DNA of 64,000 nucleotides from Candidatus Hadarchaeales archaeon (GTDB taxonomy: Archaea > Hadarchaeota > Hadarchaeia > Hadarchaeales > Hadarchaeaceae). The position numbers and the translations under genes are program-made. The notes under the pieces were generated by a model. That model did not search any database and had not been told where the DNA came from. It was given only the letters and a program-made list of their open reading frames with translations. Shown here one piece after another: positions 55,097-64,000 of the stretch (positions are counted from its first letter, which is position 1; each line of letters starts with the position of its first letter). Location of the stretch: assembly GCA_038851075.1 (NCBI GenBank), contig JAWCLG010000001.1, positions 1-64,000 on the forward strand, given 5' to 3'.

Positions 55097-56059
55097 ATGA
55101 AGAGGATAGCTGTGGCCACAACCGGCGGAGACGCTCCCGGAATGAACGCCTGCATCAGGACCGTGGTCAGGACGGCGATAGCTGCCGGACTTGAAGTCAT
55201 CGGTGTCGAGGAAGGATTCGAGGGAATGATACGGGGGAAGATGAGGAAAATGGATTCGAGATCCGTGAGCGGAATAATCAACCGCGGAGGCACAATACTG
55301 AGAACGAGCAGGTGCGAGGAAATAAAAGCGGATGAAGGAATAAAAAAGGCCAACAGAAACCTGAAAAGATGGGGAGTGGACGGGCTGATCATCATCGGAG
55401 GCGAGGGATCGTTCAGAGGAGGATGGAGTCTCTACAGCAACTCCAACATACCGGTCGTCGGAATCCCCGCAAGCATAGATAACGACATAGCCGGAACCGA
55501 CGTGACGATAGGATTCGACACGGCGGTGAACACCGCAGTGGATGCGGTTAACAAGATACGGGACACCGCCTTCTCTCACGAACGGGTTTTCCTTGTTGAG
55601 GTCATGGGGAGAACAAGGGGGTTTCTGGCGCTTGAGGTGGCTCTGGCGTGCGGTTCTGAGATGGTACTGATACCGGAGGTGGAGTACAGCGTTGATGAGA
55701 TAGTTTCGAGACTAAAGGAGTGGAGAAAAGCAGGCAAGAAAAGCATAATAATTGTAATGGCGGAGGGAGCAGGAAGCCCAGATGCGATATCCGAACATAT
55801 ATCGGATCTTACCGGATACGAGGTCAGAGTATCAAAACTCGGGTACATACAGAGGGGTGGATCTCCGACCGCAGCCAGCATAAGGCTTGCCACACTTTTC
55901 GGTCATCAGGCGGTAAGGACCATCAGGGGTACTAAAGGGGCCAGGATGCTGGGTTTCACCAACGGAAAGGTGATCACGCGCCCGCTCAACTACCCTCTGA
56001 CTCACAGAAAGGAAATCGACATGAGCGTCTACAGGCTCGTACAATCAATGTCCATATGA
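55097..56059 (+). CDS. pfkA: 6-phosphofructokinase, PfkA family, probably ATP-dependent
   Basis: TGGDAPGMNA, GGTILRTSR, GGEGS, PASIDND, VEVMGR, LGYIQRGG. Confidence 0.94.
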   Translation: MKRIAVATTGGDAPGMNACIRTVVRTAIAAGLEVIGVEEGFEGMIRGKMRKMDSRSVSGIINRGGTILRTSRCEEIKADEGIKKANRNLKRWGVDGLIIIGGEGSFRGGWSLYSNSNIPVVGIPASIDNDIAGTDVTIGFDTAVNTAVDAVNKIRDTAFSHERVFLVEVMGRTRGFLALEVALACGSEMVLIPEVEYSVDEIVSRLKEWRKAGKKSIIIVMAEGAGSPDAISEHISDLTGYEVRVSKLGYIQRGGSPTAASIRLATLFGHQAVRTIRGTKGARMLGFTNGKVITRPLNYPLTHRKEIDMSVYRLVQSMSI

Positions 56060-56736
56060 GGGGATCTCCTCTGCCCTCCCGCTTGAAAGTTCACAGGCTG
56101 GGCGGCCGCGGCTTCGACTCCAACATTTACCTCATCGTTGATCAGAAAATCGCGCTGATAGACGCCGGGACCGGGAGCAACGTTGAAACAACGCTGGGCG
56201 AGCTTGGCAGGATCGGTGTTCGTAAAATAGACATACTCATCAATACGCACTGTCACTATGACCACGCTGGAGGAGATCACGAAATCAGAAGGAAATTCGG
56301 GTGCGATATCGCGATTTACCGGGCTGAAGCAGAATTCCTTCGAAAAGGGGATTCTCACATGACGCTTTCAGCTGAATTTTTCGGTGAGACCATGAAAGCG
56401 GTTGACGTGTCGCATGAGTTGAATGAGCGTGATGAAATAAATCTTGGAAAAAACAGCCTTGAGGTGATCCACACTCCTGGACACACCGAAGGCAGCATAT
56501 GCCTACACTGTCCTGAAGCAGGCGTACTTTTTTCCGGCGACACGGTGTTCGCCGATGGAATAGGCAGGACCGATCTTCCGTCCAGCGACCACGAAAAGAT
56601 GAAAGAGTCGCTCGGCAGGATCGCCTCGATTGAATTCGATGAGCTGTTCCCCGGGCACGGCCCGGCCCTGAAGACCGGTGGACGGGAGACGGTAAAACGT
56701 ATTCTCAGAGAGTACTTCCCGGAACGGGGTAAATAG
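56056..56736 (+). CDS. MBL-fold metallohydrolase
   Basis: THCHYDHAGG, HTPGHT, FSGD, PGHG. Confidence 0.92.
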   Translation: MRGSPLPSRLKVHRLGGRGFDSNIYLIVDQKIALIDAGTGSNVETTLGELGRIGVRKIDILINTHCHYDHAGGDHEIRRKFGCDIAIYRAEAEFLRKGDSHMTLSAEFFGETMKAVDVSHELNERDEINLGKNSLEVIHTPGHTEGSICLHCPEAGVLFSGDTVFADGIGRTDLPSSDHEKMKESLGRIASIEFDELFPGHGPALKTGGRETVKRILREYFPERGK

Positions 56737-56737
56737 A

Positions 56738-57259
56738 ATGATAATCGTGCTGATCGCAATAATGATGGTGATCCTTCTATTTCTGGCCTCCCTTCTTATC
56801 ACATTTTACTGGGGGGCACCATGGTCCCCCACTCCGATGAGGACTGTCAGAAAAATGCTCGAGCTGGCCGAGGTAAAGAAGAACGAAAAGGTGTACGACC
56901 TGGGGTCAGGCGACGGGAGAATAGCGCTGACCGCTGCAAGGGAGTTCGGCGCGCTTTCGGTCGGTGTGGAGATAAATCCAATACTCCATCTGCTGGCGCG
57001 CCTGAGGAGGTCCATTTCTGGTCCAGACAGCGGCGTGACCCTTCTCAGAAAGAACTTTTACGATGTCAATCTCGCGGATGCTGACGTTGTGGCTGTGTAT
57101 CTCTCACCCTGGGGGAACAGGAAACTGATGAAAAAGCTGATCAGGGAGATAAGGGCCGGGACGAAGGTGGTTTCTCACAAGTGGAGGTTCGATGAGTGGG
57201 AGCCCGCGAAGGTAGATAAAAAACATCAGATCTATCTTTATGTCTTCCAACGGAAGTGA
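56738..57259 (+). CDS. Membrane-anchored class I SAM-dependent methyltransferase (FAM173-like)
   Basis: N-terminal TM, GAPWSPTP, YDLGSGDGRI, GVEINP, VVSHKW. Confidence 0.85.
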   Translation: MIIVLIAIMMVILLFLASLLITFYWGAPWSPTPMRTVRKMLELAEVKKNEKVYDLGSGDGRIALTAAREFGALSVGVEINPILHLLARLRRSISGPDSGVTLLRKNFYDVNLADADVVAVYLSPWGNRKLMKKLIREIRAGTKVVSHKWRFDEWEPAKVDKKHQIYLYVFQRK

Positions 57260-57260
57260 G

Positions 57261-57497
57261 ATGGTGGGTCCCAGAGAAACACTGAACAGGCTGAAGTGGT
57301 GCAACGAGATGAAGGATGTGAAGATCACGATAATTCACAGAGGGGCTCCGGGAGACAGAAAAACATTCACCGAGGATGAAATCGTTGAACTGGGCAGAAG
57401 CTTCATGCGGGTCAGGTCGAGTTCCGGAGAGGTCGAGATCCCGTACCACAGGATAGTGAGAATAGAGATTGGGGGCAAAGTGATCTGGGAGAGGTGA
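57261..57497 (+). CDS. DUF504/UPF0248 family small protein
   Basis: RETLNRLKW, IIHRGAP, IPYHRIVRI...GKVIWER. Confidence 0.85.
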   Translation: MVGPRETLNRLKWCNEMKDVKITIIHRGAPGDRKTFTEDEIVELGRSFMRVRSSSGEVEIPYHRIVRIEIGGKVIWER

Positions 57498-57501
57498 TGT
57501 T

Positions 57502-58668
57502 CTGGAGCTCCTGGTCGAACTGCTGGTGCTGCTGCTGGTCGCCAAGGTGTTCGGCGAGATATTTCACCACTTCGGGTTCTCAGCGATGATAGGAGAGGTG
57601 CTCGCGGGAGTGCTTCTGGGACCAGCTGTCCTAGGACTGTTCTCGCAGAGCGCATACATTGAAACGGTAGCAATGCTCGGACTGCTAATATTGATGCTGG
57701 TGTCCGGGATGAATTCCAGGTTCGAGCTTCTGAAGACCATAAGGCTAAAGTCCGCTATAATCTCCCTGTTTGGAGTATGTGTATCCCTAGGACTCGGAGC
57801 GCTGGCAGGGTACCTCTGGACCGGAGATATATTTCCGGCGATATTCATTGGAGCGGTGCTCAGCAATACGGCCACAGAAGTTGTGGTCAGATTCACATCT
57901 AAAAGCTCAATTTCCCATCTGGTGACCGCGGCCGCCCTGATAGACGACATCATCGCCGTTTACATTCTGGGACTTGTGTCAACCTCAACTATAAAACAGG
58001 CGCTTGGACTGCCTACCGACCCGGCTGCAATAGCGATTACCACCGTAGGTATAATCGCGTTCTTCATCCTGACCATCTACCTCTCCAAGCTCGTAATTAT
58101 CCGGCTGGATGTGATGAAGCGCCTCTGGAAACACAAGGGGAGAGGGATACCTGTAACTTTTGCGATGGTCCTTGCGCTGCTTTTCGCTGTTGTTGCGAGA
58201 TACGTTGGGATGCATGAGATCATAGGCGCTTACATGGCCGGGCTGTTCATAGGCAGGCTCAGGGAAAAGCCTGACGCCCTCCTTCTGGGCAGAATAAGGC
58301 TGAACGCCTTGCTCGACGACATGGGGACCGTCATGCAGGGGGTGCTGACCCCGTTCTTCTTTGCCTACGTCGGACTTCTCTTCCCACAGCTCGGCGGAAT
58401 AAACCTCCTGATGCTCCTGGCATTCACCGCTGTGGCTTTTGGAGGAAAGATTGCGGGTGCAGGGATGGGGGCTTTAATTGTCGGATTACGTGGAAGCGAA
58501 TCGCTGAAAGTCGGTGTTGCAATGTGCGCGAGAGGAAGCCTCGAACTGGCAATGCTCCAGTTCGGAAGGGTCACTGGAATAATAAGCCTTGAGTTATACT
58601 CCGTGATGGTGGTGATGGTGCTTCTCACCGCCCTGCTGACCCCGGTCATCTTCAGACTGCTTAGATAA
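57502..58668 (+). CDS. Cation:proton antiporter (CPA2)
   Basis: CTG start gives MELLVELLVLLLVAK; GEVLAGVLLGP, AALIDDI, GAYMAG, ARGSLEL. Confidence 0.9.
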   Translation: MELLVELLVLLLVAKVFGEIFHHFGFSAMIGEVLAGVLLGPAVLGLFSQSAYIETVAMLGLLILMLVSGMNSRFELLKTIRLKSAIISLFGVCVSLGLGALAGYLWTGDIFPAIFIGAVLSNTATEVVVRFTSKSSISHLVTAAALIDDIIAVYILGLVSTSTIKQALGLPTDPAAIAITTVGIIAFFILTIYLSKLVIIRLDVMKRLWKHKGRGIPVTFAMVLALLFAVVARYVGMHEIIGAYMAGLFIGRLREKPDALLLGRIRLNALLDDMGTVMQGVLTPFFFAYVGLLFPQLGGINLLMLLAFTAVAFGGKIAGAGMGALIVGLRGSESLKVGVAMCARGSLELAMLQFGRVTGIISLELYSVMVVMVLLTALLTPVIFRLLR

Positions 58669-58709
58669 TCCCCTTTTATCCCTGGTCCTCCAAAAATAGC
58701 GGGGTCGAT

Positions 58710-59051
58710 ATGAAGGGAGGACTGGCGGCATCGGATATCATAAGATCCATGCTTATGCTTGGATACGGCCAAGGTCAGATATATGAGGTGCTTACCTGCG
58801 CCGGGCTGAACGGAGAGACGGTGCAACTGCTCATTGATAGAATACTTGCTGAAATCCCAGAAAACGTGACACGCAAGTCTGAACTCAAACAGGGTTTAGA
58901 TGAGATAAAGGAGGAAATTGAAAGCCTGAGGAACGAGATGGCCCTAAGAATAAACACGCTTGCCGGTAAGATCGTCATGGAAAAAGCTAAGACCCGCCCA
59001 TGGCTCTGCCAACGAGAAATGACGCGAAGGCCAATAGGGAAAGCGCCATAA
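58710..59051 (+). CDS. Hypothetical protein with coiled-coil C-terminus
   Basis: Only plausible ORF in the gap; its tail overlaps the convergent gene by 65 nt. Confidence 0.5.
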   Translation: MKGGLAASDIIRSMLMLGYGQGQIYEVLTCAGLNGETVQLLIDRILAEIPENVTRKSELKQGLDEIKEEIESLRNEMALRINTLAGKIVMEKAKTRPWLCQREMTRRPIGKAP

Positions 59052-59916
59052 GCTGCACTGCCAGCGCTTTCCTCGGAGCCGACCTCCACTCGCCCAGAAC
59101 CATGGACCACGCGTTACCTGTGAATATCTGGATGCCCATCATCATCGGATATGACAGCGCAACCCCCACTACATCTGCTGATGCGTAGTGGGAGAGAACC
59201 CCAAACGAAAATATCACTCCACCGATCAGCGGCAAAATCAGGCTGCGCCAACCCCCTGAATTCACCCGCCGATTTCCACGTATGAACGCGCAGAGAGAGA
59301 TAAGCTGGGCCATCCAGAAACCTCCGGTCAGCAGAAGGATCGAAGCCCATGTTCCAACCGCCGGACGTGATCCTCCATAGCCCAGCGCAAACAGACTGGA
59401 GAGAAATCCTGACGCGATGCACACCGGAATTCCTTTTCTAAAGTTTCTCTTCTCTGGGGCATCACCAGACTTGAGGCTTCCAGAGTAGGAACTGATAAGG
59501 GTCCCGAACAAGGCGACCAGCATTCCGCAGATTCCATACAGGAGCGGCTCATCCGACATACCTCCGGAGAAAAAAACCATTGAAACAGAAGTTCCAACCA
59601 GCATTCCCAGCCCCAGTATTATCGCATATCCGAGCGCCAATCCCACTAGGGTCAGAGCATATCCGAAGCTGAGAGTGGCCAACCCCCATCCCAGCCCTCC
59701 ACCCAGCCCCCATATCAGGCTTTGCAGATCCGCTCTGCCCAGGCTCGCCATCGTGTTTCCTCCAGCGATAAAACATCCGGCCGCAACTGTGAGGAAAGTC
59801 GTGGCAAAGAAAACCGTAAAAAAGGAGGTCAGACCGGGTCCTCTGTACTTCTTCAGCGTCAGCGACCAGGACCCAAAAAACACCCCTGACAGAATGGCTA
59901 GAATTACGGGCAGCAT
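58987..59916 (-). CDS. DMT-superfamily sugar transporter (GlcU/RhaT-like)
   Basis: About ten TMs in two repeats; GGLGWGL, VGLALGYAI, GNAWSMVLGEWR. Confidence 0.8.
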   Translation of the reverse strand: MLPVILAILSGVFFGSWSLTLKKYRGPGLTSFFTVFFATTFLTVAAGCFIAGGNTMASLGRADLQSLIWGLGGGLGWGLATLSFGYALTLVGLALGYAIILGLGMLVGTSVSMVFFSGGMSDEPLLYGICGMLVALFGTLISSYSGSLKSGDAPEKRNFRKGIPVCIASGFLSSLFALGYGGSRPAVGTWASILLLTGGFWMAQLISLCAFIRGNRRVNSGGWRSLILPLIGGVIFSFGVLSHYASADVVGVALSYPMMMGIQIFTGNAWSMVLGEWRSAPRKALAVQLMALSLLAFASFLVGRAMGGS

Positions 59917-59935
59917 CTAAGCCCACTCAGCCGGG

Positions 59936-61267
59936 CTACAGGGCCGGGAGAAGCTTCTCCACCTCCCAGTTGTGAACATGTGTACGGTACTCATCCCATT
60001 CCCTGCCCTTTATGTACAGAAAGTGAGTGAACAGGTGCTCTCCGAGCGCCTCCTTAACAAGAGAGCTCTTCCTCATGTACTCCAGCGCCTGCCCGAGGCT
60101 CCCTGGAAGCATCTCTATTCCCGCCTCCTCCCGCGCCTCATGGCCCATTTTATAGATGTCCCTCTCTACCGGCTCGGGCGGCTCTATCCCTTCATCAATT
60201 CCCCTCAGTCCCGCCGCGAGCATGAGCGTGAACTGGAGGTACGGGTTTCCTGCAGGGTCTGGGCTCCTGAGCTCTATCCTGGTCCTCTGCCCCCTGCCGG
60301 CCGGGACCCTTATGTAAGCACTCCTGTTCCTGTTTGCCCATGATATGTACACCGGCGCCTCGTATCCTGGCACCAGTCTCTTATACGAGTTAACCGATGA
60401 AGCGAGTACCGCGCATATCTCCTTTGCGTACTTCAAAAGTCCTCCTATGAAGTGCAAACACGTCTTGCTCAGCCTGTACTGACCCTTTGGATCGTAAAAC
60501 ACGCTCTTATCCGCTGAGGTCATCAGTGACATGTGTACATGCATGCCGGAACCATTTATTCCATATATCGGCTTCGGCATGAAAGTCGCGTACAGGCCAT
60601 GCTTGTACGCCACGGTCTTAGTTACGTACTTCATCATGGCGACCCTGTCCGCAGAAACCACCGCGTCTGAGTATCTCAGGTCTATCTCGTGCTGGCCCGG
60701 CGCGACCTCGTGGTGGGAAGCCTCCACCTCAAAACCCATCGCGTTCAGATAGGTGACTATCTCTTTTCTGACACCGTCTCCCCTGTCTCTCATCAGGTCG
60801 AAGTATCCCCCGTGGTCCGATGGCTTCGTGGTAGGGTTTCCGTTCTCGTCCACCATGAAGAGGAAAAACTCGTACTCGGGTGCCGTGTTGAAGACCCATC
60901 CCTTATCTCTGGCCACCTTCATCAGCCTCTCGAGGGCAAACCTCGGATCTCCTGCAAACCTGTTTCCCTCATGATCGTAAACGTTACATACCATTCTCGC
61001 GGTTTTTGTAGAGTCATCAGTCCATGGTATGACGACAAAGGTGTTAGGGTCCGGCTTCAGCCTCATATCTGATTCCTCTATTGTGGCATAGCCGAGCACC
61101 GAAGACCCGTCAAAGAATATCCCCTCCTCGAGCGCCTTTTCAAGCTTATTATCCGGTATGGTTACATTCTTCACCGTTCCAAGGATATCCATGAACTGCA
61201 TCTGAATGAACTTCACATTCTCCTTCTTCACTATCTGGAGTATCTCATCTGCAGAAGTCATTTTCAT
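59936..61267 (-). CDS. glnA: Glutamine synthetase type I
   Basis: FDGSSV.G, HHEVAPGQHEI, TFMPKP..GINGSGMHVH, NSYKRLVPGYEAP, NRSAYIRVP, RIELRSPDP. Confidence 0.97.
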   Translation of the reverse strand: MKMTSADEILQIVKKENVKFIQMQFMDILGTVKNVTIPDNKLEKALEEGIFFDGSSVLGYATIEESDMRLKPDPNTFVVIPWTDDSTKTARMVCNVYDHEGNRFAGDPRFALERLMKVARDKGWVFNTAPEYEFFLFMVDENGNPTTKPSDHGGYFDLMRDRGDGVRKEIVTYLNAMGFEVEASHHEVAPGQHEIDLRYSDAVVSADRVAMMKYVTKTVAYKHGLYATFMPKPIYGINGSGMHVHMSLMTSADKSVFYDPKGQYRLSKTCLHFIGGLLKYAKEICAVLASSVNSYKRLVPGYEAPVYISWANRNRSAYIRVPAGRGQRTRIELRSPDPAGNPYLQFTLMLAAGLRGIDEGIEPPEPVERDIYKMGHEAREEAGIEMLPGSLGQALEYMRKSSLVKEALGEHLFTHFLYIKGREWDEYRTHVHNWEVEKLLPAL

Positions 61268-61315
61268 CGCTCCACTAAATCTAACGGCTACCTGTTAAAA
61301 AAGATGACGTGGACT

Positions 61316-61981
61316 TCAAGCCAGCGCCCTCCCTGCAAAATCATCCTTAACCGTGACTCTGACCCTCCCGCCCACGCGCTCTATATAAAAAGTCAGGAGC
61401 TCGCATGAGTATTCCGTGTTGTATCTCCTCTCAAGATCTTCAAGGTCACCGTAGCTCAGCGCCTCTTCATACGCCTTATTTGCTAGATAATACATTCTTC
61501 CATACCTGGGTACCACGCCCGCGGAAAGCTCAACGCCGAATCCTCTCGTTCCCGAGATGTGCGTCACCACCGCGTCAAGGTATCCTGCGGCCATGAGGCT
61601 GCCGTCGGGTAGCCAGACAAGCTTCAACGAGTTCTCATCGCTCAGCGGGACCACGATATCGAAGTTGGGATAGCTCCAGCCTGCCCCTATTCTCTGGTTG
61701 AAGTACTCCCTCAGAGTGACGAGCACCCTCTCGCGATCCCCGCCAGCCCTGCCAACCTCATACATGGAAGCCTCCACCGATGTCCTCAGCGCCTGGTTGA
61801 GCTCTCTCTCCAAGGTCTCTGACATTGCCCGCGTGGTCTCAAGGGCAATCCTCCTCTCCATCGCGTCAAGCTGTTCCCTGTAGCCCTCTTCAAAGATGTA
61901 AACCGCGGCGAGAGATGTGATGATGACGAAAACGGAGAAAAACCCGAGAACCGGAGCCGAACCGCGAACCATTTTCTTCAA
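61316..61981 (-). CDS. Pilin-like protein, short paralog of 3073-4902
   Basis: MVRG|SAPVLGFFSVFVII; ELNQALRTSVEASMYEVG resembles QINWALRCAGYRAMYEVS. Confidence 0.65.
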   Translation of the reverse strand: MKKMVRGSAPVLGFFSVFVIITSLAAVYIFEEGYREQLDAMERRIALETTRAMSETLERELNQALRTSVEASMYEVGRAGGDRERVLVTLREYFNQRIGAGWSYPNFDIVVPLSDENSLKLVWLPDGSLMAAGYLDAVVTHISGTRGFGVELSAGVVPRYGRMYYLANKAYEEALSYGDLEDLERRYNTEYSCELLTFYIERVGGRVRVTVKDDFAGRALA

Positions 61982-62484
61982 CCGCTCACCTCGAACATCT
62001 TCAGCTTGGCATTAACTTGGGCCACCCTGTTCTCACCCTTCCCCGCGATTATTAGCGTTACCTTGCCGGAGAACTCGCGAAACGCCACTGTGTCGGCGTG
62101 CGCATCAGGCGGAAAAGTCTGGACCCACCTGTTGTCCCCGTATCGAAGCTCGAGTTCAAGACCATATCCCTGAGGGCATATGTACCCGAGAACGTTTTCC
62201 GTTCTATCAATTATGTACTCTCCCGGAAGTGAGGCATCCGATCCAAAGTTCTCCATCACCAAGTTCTCCGATATCGCCTCAAGGTAGGTCAGAGAGGAAT
62301 TCTCAACATTGGAAAGCTCGAGAACCTTGTAAGCGTACTCCACCTTCATCTGGATCTGTCTCCCATTCGCGGATGATATCGCGTCGATGCCGTACGAGTG
62401 AAGGAGCACCCCCGCCAGTATCGCGATTATGAACATCACTGCTATGCTGAGTATATCGCTTATTCCCCTCTCAGAACGGCTCAT
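61978..62484 (-). CDS. Minor pilin-like protein
   Basis: MSRSERG|ISDILSIAVMFIIAILAG; ATGA overlap start. Confidence 0.7.
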   Translation of the reverse strand: MSRSERGISDILSIAVMFIIAILAGVLLHSYGIDAISSANGRQIQMKVEYAYKVLELSNVENSSLTYLEAISENLVMENFGSDASLPGEYIIDRTENVLGYICPQGYGLELELRYGDNRWVQTFPPDAHADTVAFREFSGKVTLIIAGKGENRVAQVNAKLKMFEVSG

Positions 62485-62900
62485 GCCCTCCACACGACCA
62501 CCTCCATCTTGCCGGGGACATATCGAAAGTTATCGAAGATGATCACCGGCAGCAACAGCGCGCACCTCTCCCGCCCCTCCGCAGGTTCCGGTCCGAAGCT
62601 CCAGCTGGAACTCCCTGAATAGAACCGCAGCCCGTATTCAAAGTTCTCCCCTCCCATCGTCTCCATGAAGCTCAGCTGATTTACCCTGCCCAGATCAAGA
62701 ACATAGCTTACCTCGGTATTTCCCTGTCTGAGCGCCAGCCTGTTGAGAACAAGATCGTTCGCCACGGTACCCGTGGCATCCACAAGAGCCGCTGTGGAGA
62801 GCGTGTATTTGTAGTGCTGGTAGGCTGAAAACATGAGAAAGAGGAATACGATGATCATGAATGCCGTCATAACTGCCTTGAATATCCTTATCAGGTCCAT
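62481..62900 (-). CDS. Minor pilin-like protein
   Basis: MDLIRIFKAVMTAFMIIVFLFL TM; C-terminal LPVII...GKMEVVVW resembles the end of 2118-2504. Confidence 0.65.
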   Translation of the reverse strand: MDLIRIFKAVMTAFMIIVFLFLMFSAYQHYKYTLSTAALVDATGTVANDLVLNRLALRQGNTEVSYVLDLGRVNQLSFMETMGGENFEYGLRFYSGSSSWSFGPEPAEGRERCALLLPVIIFDNFRYVPGKMEVVVWRA

Positions 62901-63253
62901 TCGACCACCAGCCTGCCGTTCTCGGTCCACACCGTTATAGTGCGCCTTCCGGGGTCGACCGGAGGTATGCCGTCAGCGAACCTCATCAACAGACCCCCCT
63001 CCGGAACAGAATATCCATCTACCGAAATCATGTTATCGCTGAAGGTCATCTTAAAGTTCCCCGGAATGTAAACATCGGCAACCTGATGCCCCCCAACCTG
63101 AACAGCGACCTCGCAGGCGTGCGCCACTTCTATCGCTGCCGCTCTGGCAGCGCTTTCATCCGACGCATGGCGAAACACAAGATAACAGAAAAAACCGATC
63201 ACAAGCGCCATTATCGTTAGAACGAGAACTCCCAAAGTGCGCAGGGAAGGCAT
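62891..63253 (-). CDS. Minor pilin-like protein
   Basis: N-terminal TM, amphipathic helix and beta-rich C-terminus; coupled within the cassette. Confidence 0.6.
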   Translation of the reverse strand: MPSLRTLGVLVLTIMALVIGFFCYLVFRHASDESAARAAAIEVAHACEVAVQVGGHQVADVYIPGNFKMTFSDNMISVDGYSVPEGGLLMRFADGIPPVDPGRRTITVWTENGRLVVEWT

Positions 63254-63259
63254 GGGAGA

Positions 63260-63712
63260 TTACACCAGCGTGAGTTCGAGCGTGGCCGTCTGCTCGATGT
63301 CGTCGGCGCCTCTCCCCCTTATCGTGAGCGTGACGGCTCCCGGGGTTGCCGTATTGTCCACGGTGATGGTCATTGTTGACCCGAATCTCGGCTGTCCGCT
63401 TCCCGGAGAGAAGCTGACCCTCACCCCGGTGGGCTCCCCAGTAACGGAAAGGGTGACCGTTTTGCTGTAGTCACCGATTTTTTCCACAGTCACTGAAAGG
63501 TTGGTGGACTCTGACCCGCTCTGAGGTATATTCAGGCTCACAGAGCTGGGGGAAACAGTTACGCTGAATGAGGTCAGCTGCTGTATTCCCCTGCCCGCCC
63601 AAGTGTAAACACCGTACGCTATGCTGAGCCCGATCACAAGAAGTATTATGCCTGCAAACAGCTTCATCGCCAGCGGCTCCACACCGCGTTCCTCCGCAAT
63701 CGGTCCGAACAT
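63260..63712 (-). CDS. Type IV pilin-like protein with Ig-like domain
   Basis: AEERG|VEPLAMKLFAGIILLVIG; SFSVTVSPSSV...VTLSVTGEPTGV.VSFSP...TMTITV. Confidence 0.78.
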   Translation of the reverse strand: MFGPIAEERGVEPLAMKLFAGIILLVIGLSIAYGVYTWAGRGIQQLTSFSVTVSPSSVSLNIPQSGSESTNLSVTVEKIGDYSKTVTLSVTGEPTGVRVSFSPGSGQPRFGSTMTITVDNTATPGAVTLTIRGRGADDIEQTATLELTLV

Positions 63713-63772
63713 CTTTTCTTCCCCTCAAAAAACCTTAACCCTGCGAACCTTTTAAATCAGTCGTTCAAGGCG

Positions 63773-63985
63773 CTACCTGATCCCAACTGTTATCAACGTC
63801 AGCAGAAAGCTCGTGATTGTGAAAATTGCGGCCGAAGACAGGGATGATTTTAACACGGCTGACCACATTTCAACCCTATCCGGACCTGCGCGGATCCTCG
63901 CAATATAAGACGCCACTATCATCCCGAGTAATACCGCGGTAGCACCCATGAGAAAACGCAGTATCGCCAGATCCCCCTGTGCCAT
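63773..63985 (-). CDS. Small 2-TM hypothetical membrane protein
   Basis: 70 aa with two hydrophobic segments; GGGGT SD-like sequence upstream. Confidence 0.55.
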   Translation of the reverse strand: MAQGDLAILRFLMGATAVLLGMIVASYIARIRAGPDRVEMWSAVLKSSLSSAAIFTITSFLLTLITVGIR

Positions 63986-64000
63986 TACCCCAAAAAGGAA

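Noticed and set aside
1-64000. CRISPR array, rRNA, tRNA, IS element or provirus
   Set aside because: No periodic repeats, cloverleaf, transposase, integrase or capsid-like genes seen; intergenic gaps are short and mostly explained
1-64000. Selenocysteine or pyrrolysine read-through, or an alternative genetic code
   Set aside because: Recognised proteins are full length and end at TGA, TAG or TAA without interrupted domains

Overview
Gene-dense archaeal chromosomal segment with about 65 CDS. Archaeal markers include aRF1, archaeal ProRS, RFC large subunit, Trm-G10, an AglB-like protein, class III signal peptides, GGTGA Shine-Dalgarno sites and TATA promoters. The gene content suggests an anaerobic deep-branching lineage such as Hadarchaeota (inference only). 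Most of it is housekeeping: Moco synthesis, aaRS, inositol lipids, SAH salvage, nitrogen assimilation, NfnAB and PfkA. No CRISPR array, rRNA, tRNA or transposon was seen. Best candidate for a new system: an mre11-rad50 operon with no adjacent herA/nurA that ends in a minimal 175-aa protein-kinase-fold gene. It is divergent from an RFC-L/orphan N4-cytosine methyltransferase/rhomboid operon and lies near a eukaryote-type topoisomerase IB. Other highlights are a DPM2-like micro-protein upstream of an AglB-like glycosyltransferase whose WWDYG motif reads EWSFG, an MscL with its bundle helix apparently moved to the N-terminus, repeated CTG start codons, a candidate C/D-box sRNA, an unannotated 7-Cys desulforedoxin-like peptide and two paralogous pilin-like cassettes. 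All family assignments come from motif recognition by eye, with no database searches.
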